64,000 nucleotides of DNA from Vermamoeba vermiformis (Eukaryota). Position 1 is the first letter of the stretch. The number at the start of each line of letters is the position of its first letter. The stretch is taken from the NCBI GenBank assembly GCA_045837725.1, contig JBEWZL010000012.1:1-64000 (forward strand), in the 5' to 3' direction. Position numbers and translations under genes: made by a program. Below are positions 49,244 through 61,560 of the stretch, in pieces. The notes beneath the pieces were generated by a model. That model ran no database searches. It saw only the letters and a list, made by a program, of their open reading frames with translations, and was not told the DNA's origin.

Positions 49244-50386
49244 TCACATGGGTGCGAGAGGATTGTGCGAGGGTCCAGCAGCATTCATTTCTGCTTTGGG
49301 CTTGTTCTTGAACGTCAAAAACAACTGCAATCGTTGACACGTTAGTCATTGCCTAATATGGTAATCATCGTGTACGTACCTGAAACGACTTCTTCTCTTT
49401 GTCCCACGAGGTCCAGAACTTGCTCTTGGCGCGGTCAGGGTCAATGTACCGTTCAATTTCGTAATTGGGAATTTTGAATGCAATTGTCTCGTAGGGCTCA
49501 GCAGCGAACAGGATGTATTGATAGCGACGATCAGGGGCCTCTTTCTTCTGTTCAAATGTCGACATGAAGCGATGACGTGGCTGAAATCCCTCTTCAATCT
49601 CGGGGTAATCAATCTGAAACAGCAGACTCAGCGCATTGCTCTCGGCATCGCGCTGCTTCGTGACGCTGAAACCTGGACGACCAATCTTCACTGTGCGCTT
49701 GGGCTGCACGACACCGACCTTCTTGGTGACACTGAGCGAGGGCCCGGCCACTGCTGGACCTGCGCCCCCGTCTGTCATGCGCTGATCACGTGCTGCTCGG
49801 CGCGCCAAGTTCATTTGATGGCGCTTGCCCTGTCACACATATGACGTGAGTACTGCGTGGTTATATAGAAGGGGGGTGCGTACCTGTGTGTGTGCGAGGT
49901 ATGAGCCTTCATTCGTGTGCAGCGTGAGACACAGCTTGCACTCGTACGTGCCCAAGTGGTTCTTCATAAAGTACGGATCCTGCATGCAAAGAGTAAGATC
50001 GTAGCTCTTGTAGTGGCACATTAGTGAGGGTAATGATGTACGTACCTTGGATAAGTCAATGGTCTCCAAAGCTAATTGACGCAATCGTTCGCGACGATCG
50101 ACATTGCTATCACTGCCTGATGCAACTCCTGCTGAGCCGGGCTTGCTACCAAAGTCCCTATAATACCAAGGGTCAATATTTACTCTTTTAATATGAATTT
50201 TCATCGCAACCACAACGATCCAAGGAAACTGCTAGCAGATTTTATTTATTAATTTGTTTTGAACCAAGGAAAATACTAATTATTTACAAAAATTACTAAG
50301 ACATATTAAATAATATTGGCACGATAGATAACAATTTATTATTTAATGAGAATTATCGCTTAATTTGATAATACTTACTTGGACAT
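49244..50386 (-). CDS. SF3A2: Splicing factor 3A subunit 2 (SAP62/Prp11); multi-exon with an 8-nt first coding exon
   Basis: DRRERLRQLALETIDL.KDPYFMKNHLG.YECKLCLTLHTNEGSYLAHTQ, KIGRPG, and QYILFAAEPYETIAFKIP. Confidence 0.95.
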
Positions 50387-50544
50387 TGTTCTATGTTATA
50401 TGAATGCAGAAAATAATACAAATAATATACACAATTATGGCTAGAGTCCGAATATAACGTGTGCTCTTCAGCCGATCAATGGGAACAAAATACGAGCGAA
50501 GAAAAAGTTTATCTTTGTCTAACAGATCAGCAAACAAAACAACC

Positions 50545-51281
50545 ATGGCAGACAACGAGCGAATGGAAGATGACGTGAATGTCGATACTGACGAGTCAGG
50601 ACGACGAGTGCGCGGTCGTGGTGGCATTGAACCTATGGATGCAGCAGATTCAGAACGATATAGCGGTCAAGGCGCTGTATTTGAACGATTAGACAGTGAT
50701 AATTTAGAACCTGGTCAACCTATTAAATGTGCGTATTATTATTACCACTTTACCACAAGTAGAGTTAATTTAAGAATTATGACGAAATTCAATAATTATT
50801 TTTTATTTTATTTGAGGCTTTACTGATCAATATGACCTGAGTAAAGTAATATTTATTTACAATAATTTATTTTAAATAATCACATCGCTTATCCATTGCA
50901 ACAGCGGTCGAAGGTTGGATCGTGTTTGTGAGTGGCGTGCACGAAGAGGCCACGGAAGAAGAGCTGATGGACAAGTTTGCAGACTTTGGTGAGATCAGAA
51001 ACATTCAAATGCCGCTCGATCGTCGCACTGGCTTCGTCAAGGGCTACGCACTCATTGAATTCGGTACGCGCGAAGAGGCCCAACAAGCGATCGAGACCAT
51101 GCACGGCAAAGCATTCATGAACAAACCGCTCAGCGTTGATTGGTCATTCGCCGTGCCTGCCAAGAACGCTGCACGCAAACGGTGAGTAGTGCTGTCAATA
51201 GTGCAGTGCGTGGTGCCTGACAAGTAGCTGGATGTGCTGAACTGACTTTGTGTTTGCAGGGGCGGACGTGATCGCAAATAG
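50545..51281 (+). CDS. RBM8A: RNA-binding protein 8A / Y14 (exon junction complex); 3 exons
   Basis: RGRG, P.K.VEGWIVFVSGVHEEATEE..DKFADFGEIRNIQMPLDRRTGFVKGYALIEF. Confidence 0.95.
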
Positions 51282-51477
51282 TGCCAGTAGTATAGTGTAG
51301 TGTATCTGATGTTAATTAGCGAGCAATAAATTGTGCAACATTATCGAAGCGAGAGCTTTTCTTCATGGGTCAATGTCAACTTTGGCTACTACTTGCATCA
51401 CAGTCAATGCAAAAGTGTGTTATATTACATGTAAGTACCATATTACAATATATTTACAATATATATGATGACTGCAG

Positions 51478-52409
51478 TTAGCTAAAGTAACTGTTTTCTA
51501 ACAACTTAGCCACAGGCTTCCTGAGTAGCGGCATACTAAACATGTTCTGCACTAGACGTCGTGCTCGTCGATCGACGGCGTGCCACTTGACGTCACTCGT
51601 CACTGTCGCTGCGGGGAATATTCTTTCAAAGCATTGCGCGATAATTGTGTCCGGTAAGTCGTTTAACAACTGGTAAGATAATATTAGGGAAATCTAATCA
51701 AACTGCATTAATTGTGCTCACCAATTCTGCAAATATGACACCAGCGGAGTAGATATCGGCATTCGGAGACACCATTTCATCTTCATAAAAGAACTCAGGC
51801 GCGAAATAGGGGCCCGTGAACGGCGCTTTTGGAGCTCCTTCAGGCAGCAGTGAGCCAGATCTTTTGGTCTCTATTAGAAACAGATTGCACAGAGCAATGT
51901 CTGGTTTGCCCTTCGTGTTCCAACGCCATTTGATCGACTCTGGGCAGATAAAGCGGTGTGCTAAACTTCGTGCGTGTAGCTCGCGTAAGATCTGAAAGTA
52001 ACAGTAAATTGAGGGTCAAAAATAACCGTTAGCTTACAATAAGCAGCTGGCGCATTACACGTTTAGTATATTTGCGCAACACTTCCACATTGTAGGGGTG
52101 CCATTGTTCGTTTTGAGGGTCAATATTCACCGTGGCTATTTGATAGTGATTGTTGAATTTAGCAACGCAAAGACTTAATGCCATTTCATAAGTGTTGTGT
52201 TTGTCTTCACTGTGTCTCTCTAAGAATGGAAAAATGAGTTCGAAGGTGGTTTTTGTACTAAAACACGGATAACGGCTAGTTCCCAAGAATTGTTTACTTT
52301 TGGCGGGATCTGAGAGAACATAATGGACGGCTTCCCCGGGGAGCAGCAACAAGGAGGCGGTACGAGCCATCATTCTGCAATCGACAGGGAGGACGGAATG
52401 GCTAGGCAT
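51478..52409 (-). CDS. Protein-kinase-like protein, probably a pseudokinase; 3 exons
   Basis: MRQLLI|ILRELHARSLAHRFICPESI..IALCNLF..TGPYFAPEFF..ADIYSAGVIFAEL shows the subdomain VI-IX pattern with HRD->HRF and DFG->NLF. Confidence 0.65.
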
Positions 52410-52824
52410 CCGATACTGTACAATACAGTTATATGATGAAGCGCAACGTTGTGTTCTGGGGAGGCTGCGTCGAGAGCGGACTGGGCGTACTATCTATCTG
52501 ACATTGCACGCAATTGATGGAGCTGGAATTGAGAAATACGCGTAATTATCAATGACCCCCATGATTACATGAATCTTGATCCTATTTTCAATTTCGTAAT
52601 GCCCTTTGAATACTTCTGTTTATCAGCTGTTCCGTAACGTTTACGATCAAAAGATCGCACGCATCGCGCCAGGTCCACGTGAGCACCGTTCAGTGAATGA
52701 CTTTCCAACCGGTCCCGTTCATGAAAATTCAAAATCGCGGAGGATTTTTTGACAACTTGCGCACCGCTTCATTCAATTAATTTCTAGCACTCAACACCAA
52801 CACCACACAACACTATAGACTACA

Positions 52825-54789
52825 ATGGGTCAAGGCAGCTCCACTCGTAATAGCGACGACATCGTCAGATGGGCGCACAAGAAGCAACAACTCGACAAGC
52901 AAGAGGCTTTACGTCGTTCTAATCGCGACAACTTAATCATGATAGACCCTGATGCAGTCACTTTTGAAGACGACTCTGAAGACACGCGCATGCCTGTCGA
53001 TCCTGAAGGTTTCAAGCAGATGTTGAGGAAAATGGGCATTAAATTTGTTGAAGAGGACAAGTACGTTGCATAGCATTCATAGCATTCATACCATTTCAAA
53101 TCATATCTTACTAAACGCTCTATTTAGTGCACCACCTTTCAATGCAGATGCTGTGGTCAAAATCAATTCCACGTTGCAACAGCCCGACTACACGTTGCCC
53201 TGGCAGACATTGGACGTCGCTGAAGCACGAGGTATGTAGTGGAGTGATTGGCATGATCATGTATCTAAGTCATTGTCAAAAGGTTCTGGTGCTGTCATTG
53301 AAGGCGGATTTGTTTTGACTGCTGCTCACGTGATCGCTGACTGGACCTTCGTAAGAGTGCAATGATACTGAATATATATTAGCAGTATTAACACCATTCA
53401 CAGCTCGAAATTCAACGCGGCAATGACAAGTGTCCCGCCAAGTAAGTTACACCACAATTCCTCGTGAAATACTTGCAAAGACTAATCACGTGCGCAGAGT
53501 GGTCGGAGTGTGCAATGACAGTGACCTCGCACTGCTCAAGCCCACAGACGAGAACTTCTTCAAAGACATCCAGCCGCTCAAGATTGGTCCCATGCCGCCT
53601 CTCCGTCACCGCATCTACGTGGCTGGTTTTCCGATTGGTGGCGAGGAAATTTCCGTGACTGAGGGTGTCGTGTCGCGCATTGAAATTCAGCCGTACAGCC
53701 ATTCACTGAAGCAATTGTTAGCGATTACTGTCGATGCTGCCATCAACAGCGGAAATTCTGGCGGTCCAGTGATGAACCAGCACGGTGAACTCATCGGTAA
53801 TTGCCTAATTTGGAAAACAATACCTTGTCACGTGCTGACTGTCGCATTCAGGCATTGCATTCCAAGCCCTGGAAGGAGCCGAGAACATTGGTCACATCGT
53901 GCCCCCGCCAGTGATCAATCACTTCTTGGCGGGCATTCAGAAGTTCGGCAAAGACTACCGCGGATTTCCTGATTTGGGCTTGGCCGTGCAGACCCTCGAA
54001 AACGCCAATCAACGCGCGTTGTTGGGACTGCCGCACGAACTGACCGGCGTGCTGGTGGTGCGCGTGCACTACAACAACAGCTGCACCAACGTCCTGCGCA
54101 CGGGCGATGTGTTGCTGAAGATTGGCGAGCACGTGATTGCCAACAACGGCATGATCACCTTCGACACCAAGCTGCACGGAGATTTCACGCTCGCTGTGCA
54201 CCAGTACCAAGAAGGTGACACCGTCAAGTGCGAAATATTCCGCGAGGGCAAGGTGCAAAGTGTCGATGTGACGCTCAAGTACCCGCACGACCTCGTGGCC
54301 AGTCACCGTTACAACGAGCAGCCCGAGTACTACATCTATTGCGGCCTCTTGTTCCAGCCCCTCTCCGTGGATCTGCTCGAGGCCCACTTCTCGGGGGGTC
54401 TCTTGTCGGCCCCGCAAGAACTGCTCTATCTCAGCACGCAGGACGAGACTGCTGAGCGCGCGGAGATTGTCGTGTTGACACGTGTCTTCAAGGACGACGT
54501 CAACTTTGGATACGAGGCCCTGCAGTTCAGCGTGATTCGCTCGCTCAACGGCACACCCATTCGCAGCGTGGCTGATTTGACACGTGTCATTGAGAGCACC
54601 GAGAGCGAGTTCTTGGTGTTGAAAGCATCGAACGACGCCACGATTGTGTTGCCGGGTGCTAAGAACAAACTCGCGACCAAGGCCAACAAACGCATTGGCA
54701 AGCGCTATGGCATCAAATACGACCGCTCAGCGCTGCTCGTGCAAGAACAGAACAGCGATCCTGCGCCCTCGGAGGCTGAGAACAAATAA
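52825..54789 (+). CDS. Deg/HtrA trypsin-like serine protease with PDZ domains (plant DEG2/9-like); multi-exon
   Basis: AVVKI..PDYTLPWQ, LTAAHV, DSDLALL, GFPIGGEEISVTEGVVSRIE, DAAINSGNSGGP, and YYIYCGLLFQPLS. Confidence 0.93.
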
Positions 54790-55364
54790 TGATGATATCA
54801 ATTGACTTCTAGCTGAATAAATCACTGTACATATTTTAATAGACTGGCCATTCATTCAACTTCCTTCCCTTGTTTGAGTCTTGCTCGACGACACTGTCCT
54901 TGAGGTTCGTTGGTGATTGCTTGACTCCATCTGCCAATCCAGACTGGCGCCTCGAGAAGTTCGGTCAGTATAGCCTTAATTATGCCATCAAAATCCCACA
55001 AGACTGACTGTAATAGAGCAATTAATTACTTCATAACACCGAACAAAGCAATTTGAGCTATTTGATCCTGTAGTGCTACAAGGCAATTCTGACACGAATT
55101 CATCTATATGATTCGTGGTGTGAATATTAGAATAATTAATTTTAAAGCAAATTGTGTGGGTGTATCAGCCGTTGACTGGTTTCAATCAAAGCTGATCCCA
55201 GACACGCTTGCCTACAATTGTTAAATGAAGTACATATAATACACGTATAATCGTTACTTCACTTCACGCGAACGGTCCGTTGTGTTCTCACGTTGGAGTT
55301 AATAATGCTCAGTCCATTTTTATTTTTTTGACGAGGAGAAGAGATCTGCTCAATATACACAGGA

Positions 55365-56167
55365 ATGAGTTCTAGACAAGGCATTCCACTCGTTCAAGAC
55401 AGTCCACCCCCTGGCGGCTATCCTCCCGTTAAGCCTATCCGTCGGCTGTGGCGCACATCTGGATTGGGCGGAGTCACGGCTTTTGTCGTTACTGGTGCTG
55501 TGTTAGTGCTTGGATTTTTAAAAGTAACTAAATTCAATCTCAAACGAAGGTACGATATTATAATACGAATTATGGAGGCATTGAAAGCGAATATAAAATT
55601 GATCTTGAATCTAATAATAATTATTATAATTCAATAATTAATTGGTAATACTGTATTAATATTTATTTATTTATTAGGGATGATTTTGATGAAATGAGAC
55701 AAGCCAGGTTACATATTCTGCCATATTTACAAGCAGAATCTGACAGACGGTATGAATCCACTCCAATTACGCGCAACAATTATTATCACAAAGAATTTCT
55801 ATTTTATTGTTAGTGTGGCATATTGTGGCTTCAATAGACAATTTTCCAACCCTGTTTTCCTTACAAATTGACGCAGATATTTTTCACAGCACCAATTTCA
55901 CAATTGCACTTAAATAATTATATTACGACACGAGACTAGTTCAATAATAATATACGCACATTACTGCAGCGAATTTACGCTGAAATTACTGCACAATTAT
56001 TTGGCTCTTCGTGGCCCTCACACCAGTCCCTGACTAACACCCCTCGCAGCTATTTGCGCATGAAAAAACAAGCGCTCGAAGAAGAAGCAAAGATTATGAA
56101 GGACGTGCCCGGCTGGGTCGTGGGCGAAAGTGTATATAAGACGCAGTGGATCCCGCCCTCCAAGTGA
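55365..56167 (+). CDS. NDUFA13: NADH dehydrogenase 1 alpha subcomplex subunit 13 (GRIM-19); 3 exons
   Basis: [27 protein letters not shown], and [19 protein letters not shown]. Confidence 0.93.
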
Positions 56168-56429
56168 AACATGTCGCATACAACAATACAATCTCTACAA
56201 ATATCTTATTGACATTCAACGTGGCCGTGAAACAATTGTGCCACGGAAGTTATTGCAGTAATTTCGTGCAAATAAAACCAAAAACACTAAAAATATCAAC
56301 TGCGGAGGAACAGAGGAGAACATTAGGGAAGATGTGAATATGCATCTAATAGAACAGATAGATTTATTATAATACAAATAATTTAACGTTTTAAATACAA
56401 GTTTTGAGGATTGAGATCCAGATTCAGAT

Positions 56430-59400
56430 CTACTGCTTGGTGAGCAAGTGAATCAGCTTGTTGATCGCATCGATCCACTCATCGCACTCCTCTTTGGTGT
56501 CAGCAGCAACGGTGTAGATGCGCTCAGGTGTTTTGAGTTCAAATGCGTAGTACTGATGGGTCTTGAGGGTGCGCGGAGTGCTGGGCTGCACAAAGGGACA
56601 CAGCGAGAGGTGAATCACCGCATCGGGCTTGGACTTCTTGGGCTTGAAGTACTTGAGACTGCCGTTCTCGAGCACAAACTTGTACTTCTTGTACTCTTTC
56701 TTGCGATAGCGGTACAGCGTGCCTTGTTTGTTCATCGCAGCCACGAGACTGGTGTTCACCTCTCTGTCGCGGTGTTCAATCTCCGACTTGGACTTGACTG
56801 ACGAGCTGCTGCCCGTGCTGTTCACGCGCTTGATGTCTTTCTTCGAGCGCTGTTTGCGCGGTGACTTGTCGCGGTGTTCAGTGCTCGGGGTGGTCGGGGT
56901 GCTGGGCGGCTCTTCAGCAGCGCGGATCTCTTCTTCGTACTTGAAGCTGATCCACTTCCAGCGCGCTTCAACTCCGTCCTTGGCATTGGGCGGTGTCAGA
57001 CCAGCCACGCGCTGCTTGTACTTGTCTTTGTGACGCGCGTTGTTGACCTGTTTGCAGGCAGTGACGTCATCAGCGGACCACGTGTTGGGCTTGTCGAGGG
57101 CGCGCAGTCTGTTGAGTGCTTTGAAGGTCTGATGACTCTGTGCACAGTCGCTGCAGATCCAGGCCTGCACCGCGAGGGACATGTGCGTGGTCTCTTTGCC
57201 GCACTCGACGCACACTTGATTGTCACCGCGTCGACTCTCTTGCACGGCTGCAAATGTGCTGTCCTTGTCCTTGGCCTCGCGCTGCTTGAAGTCGTACAGG
57301 AACAGATAGACTGACTTGCGAATAGCGTTGATCCACTGCAACTTCTCGTCGAGATTGTTCGCGGACAAGAAGTAGATCCGCTCGCGCGTCAAGAGCTGGA
57401 AGCTGAAGGGTCGATCGACAATGCCCAGCGCACGCGCAGTGCAACTGAGCACGTGAACGGAGCCCGAGGGTTCAATGACATTCGGCACCTCGACTGTGAT
57501 GCCCTCGTCCTTGATCACCGTCACATCGACCTTCTGCTCGCTCTCTGCGCGCAAGAGATAGTCGTGCACGGTCTGCGGCGAGGTGTTGACGACAGTCGTG
57601 GCCGAGTGCGTGACAGCACTGACAGCATTGATCAGCGAGTCCACCACCACTGCTGCAGACTTGTCTTGAGCAGGGTAGTAGTTGAGAATGCAGCCGTTCA
57701 GCACAAAGTGTTTGCACTTCCACTCATCGTGCTTGCCTTTTTTGTACAAATCGCCCTCCATGAAGACCTTGCCGTTCATGAACGCGAGCGATTTCTTCTC
57801 CTCTTCTTCGCGTCGCTGCGTGGTGTCAAACAGACGTGAGCGCATGGCCTCGAGCTGCAGTGAGATGGAGTCGTCGAGATCGCTCAGCCAGTCGTACTTG
57901 TCTTGACTCGTTGTCGCGGCTAAGATCACCGTGCGACGTTCTGCCACGGAGGCAGGGAGCGGACTGTCACTGCCGCGACCAGGGCCAGGACTCGAGGGCG
58001 CAGTGATGGCATTGGCCATGGACATATCACCGAGCGAATTGGACTTGGCGCGACTGCCGTTCATGGCCACGAGACTCTGCGCGGCAATCACTGCGGGCCC
58101 GACTTGCGTGACAATGTTGGGCATGTCAGAGCCCTGGATCTGGAACAGATTGGCGTATTTGATGGACTGCTGGTCGTTGATGTTGTGCAGCTCAGCTTGT
58201 TTGAGGGGCACAATGTACAAGAACTTGAAGTCCACATCGCTCTGCTTGAGCTCGTCCATGGTGTACGCGCTGGGATGTGCGCCACTCTTGGAGGCCTTGC
58301 GCGCACTGCTGGCACTCTTCTCTTTGGTGACGACGATAATGTCCGTGAACAAGAAGCAGTAGCGCATCTTGGCACGCACCTTGCTGGCATCGAAGGTGGC
58401 AGGGGAGCTCATGCCGTCAATCTCCAATAAGCGCCCTTGACGCACGTAACGGCGATGCGGCACTGCAAAGTTGTAGTTGGGATCGAGACCCGACAGCTTG
58501 CCCCAGATGAGCAGCGTGTTGTTCAAGTTCTCGGCCTCGCGCTTCTTTTCATTCACGTATTCAGCGACGGACTGCATCTTCTCGAGTGCTTTCTTCAAGT
58601 TCTGATAGTCTGCGTGACTCTCGGGTGTGTTTTTGAACAGATCTTGCAGCAACAGCACGTAGCGAGGGATGCGCTGCACGGGCAAGATGAGGAACGAGCT
58701 GATTTCGAGGTTCTCGCACTCGGGACGTGCGCGACACTGCATCAACAGCTCGAGCACTTGCGGCTTCTTCATGACATTGAACAGCGTCGAGCACGCCGTG
58801 TTGTAATTGTTCACGTAGGCAGTGTACACCTTGAGGTACTCGGTCATGGCCAAGAAGATGTCGCCCAACTTCTGTCCCGACGAGTACCACTTCTCCATGC
58901 GTGCTTTGAGCTGCTTCAAGATCTCGGAATTGTACAAGCGAATCACCTCGCTCTCGGAGAAGATGCTGCGCAACATGGCCGGCGAGACGAGTTCTGCGGG
59001 CAGCTTGGAGAGTGCATCGAGATAGACGGACTTGAGCACCTCCAATCGACGCACGTACACCTCCTCTGTGCTGATAATTTCGCGTGCGATTTCATTGCGT
59101 TTGAAGCGTGATTTCATCTTTCTGCGCTGCAATCTGCCGCGCACGAGTGCTTGAATGCGCACCAGGCCCTTGTATGCGCTGCTCTCGGTGTGCGTGAAGG
59201 ACTGCAGCACCGCGTCCAAGCGCGTCATCATGCGTCGATACTTGACTTGCGCGAGATATCTGCGAATGAGACTCTGCGCCATGACAATTGCACTCTCCGA
59301 CAGTGCAGGGGTGCTGCGGTGCACGGCGAGAGGACTCGTGCCCGTGGTTGGACTGCTCGCGGGCAGAGGTTCGCGCTTCACGAGCGGTCGTTCGTCGCGC

Positions 59401-60181
59401 AGTGTGGGCTTGGCGATTGCGCTGTCAGTGGCTGAAGTCGCGAGACTCTGTGCCTTGCCTGCACTCGGCATGGAGGTCACCGAGGCAGTGCGTTGAAATG
59501 GATCTGGTGGTCTCTTCCACACGCGGTTGTGTGGCATGCCGTCTGATTCCGCACTCGCTGCTGGTTCTGCTGCTGGTTCAGGATTCTTTGTCTTGTTAAT
59601 CAACAAAAATATCAAGCCCATGACTTGTTTCTTGTTTCCCTCCATAATATCTGCAAGCAAAATAATTGTGTGAGTCGTGAAATTTAAATTGAATTGACCA
59701 ACAATTAAATCGGCATTATTTTGATAATAATTTCATTTGCTAGACTGTCACTTTTTAAGTTAAGTATGAATTAACTGGACTAATATTGTATATAAAAAAA
59801 TCTTTCTTACCATTCGCGTTAACCGAAAACAAATTCACGCTCCAATGACGCTCAATAAAGCGAATTCCCGTCATAATGTTATCTACCTTTTGACTAGGGA
59901 ACTTAGGGTTGGGATTGTAGCGGCCAACCTTCTGGCCGGTCAAAATTTCTAATAGCTGAATCAGAACTACTCCATCTCGAAAGTCGGTTGCAAAATCAGA
60001 CACAGTTCGATTTTTGACAGCTAAGTGTCGATTGGCCCATGTCAAAAATGACTGATACAACGAGAATTAATAAGATTTGTAATGAAAATCTTTTTTCTAC
60101 CTGATTCTGGATGTCTCCCCAATCGGTACTGAGCGAGTGGACGGCTAAGTCCCCACTAGACTGACTGGGCTGTTGCGTCAT
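56430..60181 (-). CDS. GxcDD-like RacGEF: CH + 2 IQ + DH + PH + PH + ArfGAP-like + PH; 3 exons
   Basis: CH (FLTWANRHL..DFRDGVVLIQLLEIL), IQALVRG, REIISTEEVYV..LILPVQRIPRYVLLL, PH motifs, CVECG..CSDC, and a C-terminal PH. This matches the known Dictyostelium GxcDD architecture. Confidence 0.88.
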
Positions 60182-60444
60182 GGTATCTCGACTTTGTTGA
60201 AAAAGAAAATCTCGCAAGCCGAAAAGAAATCTCCGTGATCAACAGAGAACTCACACGATTGGTCGATTTATTTTATCAAATTTAACGAACATATTTTATT
60301 GCTTCGTTTCGTGGCCTTTGTTTTTTCCTCTTATCTCGGAATTGAGCTACAGTACGTACCTTCCGCGATGACCAATATTAATATTCTAACGATGTTTTAT
60401 TATTAGTCTTTACCGTTACTTAGAGTAAAACAAAACTCTTTAAG

Positions 60445-61428
60445 ATGTCACAAATTCCCGACGCTCTCGCCCTCACTCAAGAGGATGCTCGTATGATGCT
60501 TGCTTGCAACGTCCACATTGGTTCTACCAACTTGGACTCTGCTATGGAGCGATACATCTGGAAGAAATCCTCCTACGTTAGAGAGAAGGAACGCGAAGGT
60601 AAAAATGGGAATAATTAAATAAATAATAATATAGCAAAAGTAATTTAAATTACGCCAATAACACTATTGTTATAATTTTTTAAGTTGTGGATCTTCGATC
60701 GTGGAGTTGATATTAATTGTATAAAATATTAATTTTTTATTGCAGGTGCTTACATTATTGACATTCGCAAGACCTGGGAAAAGATCGTCTTGGCTGCCCG
60801 CGCCATCGTCGCCATTGAGAACCCCCTCGACATTGCCGTCGTTACCGTCCAAGGTACTGGCGAGCCCCTCGCTCAACGCGCTGTGTTGAAGTTCTCTCAA
60901 TACACCGGTGCTGCTCACTACGCTGGTCGCTTCACTCCCGGTACCTTCACTAACCAGATCCAAAAGCAATTCGCCGAGCCTCGCTTGTTGATCGTTGCTG
61001 ACCCCTTGAAGGACCACCAACCCATCATTGAAGCCTCTTACGTCAACATCCCCGTCATTGGTTTCTGCAACACCGACTCCTCGCTCCGTCACGTCGACAT
61101 TGCCATTCCTTGCAACAACAAGTCCCGCTTCTCCGTTGCTTTGACCTTCTGGCTCTTGGCCCGTGAAGTCTTGCGCCTCCGTGGCACCATCTCCCGCTCT
61201 GAACCTTGGGACGTGATGGTCGACTTGTTCTTGATGCGCTCTGCTGCTGAACAAGAGAAGGCTCAATCTCAAGCCCAAGCCCAACAACAAGTTCAATCTA
61301 CTCAACAAGCCAGCTACGACGAGTTCATCGCCAAGGGTACCACCACTGGTCAAGGTATCGTCGGTGCCAGCACTAACTGGGCTGATACCCACGAGGATGC
61401 TGATGAGCCCCCCGCTGACTACGAATAA
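60445..61428 (+). CDS. RPSA: 40S ribosomal protein SA (uS2); 2 coding exons
   Basis: [45 protein letters not shown], and [17 protein letters not shown]; strong ribosomal-type codon bias. Confidence 0.97.
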
Positions 61429-61560
61429 GAGCCCTCTTCTAGCGAATTAAAATAATAAAAAAACCTTAAAAAGTACCCTTTTCACTTGATATGAGGTCCA
61501 AAGAAATTGTAATTAATAATGCAAATGTATTTACAGCAAACAAATGTACACAACAAGTCT

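Noticed and set aside
54853-55008. Possible small minus-strand exon (SVLWDFDGIIKAIL...)
   Set aside because: Only ~51 codons, with no recognisable domain or convincing start exon.
56448-59599. Multiple + strand ORFs
   Set aside because: They are antisense to the GxcDD-like exon and have no recognisable motifs.
60670-61392. 240-aa minus-strand ORF
   Set aside because: It is antisense to RPSA and explained by strong codon bias.
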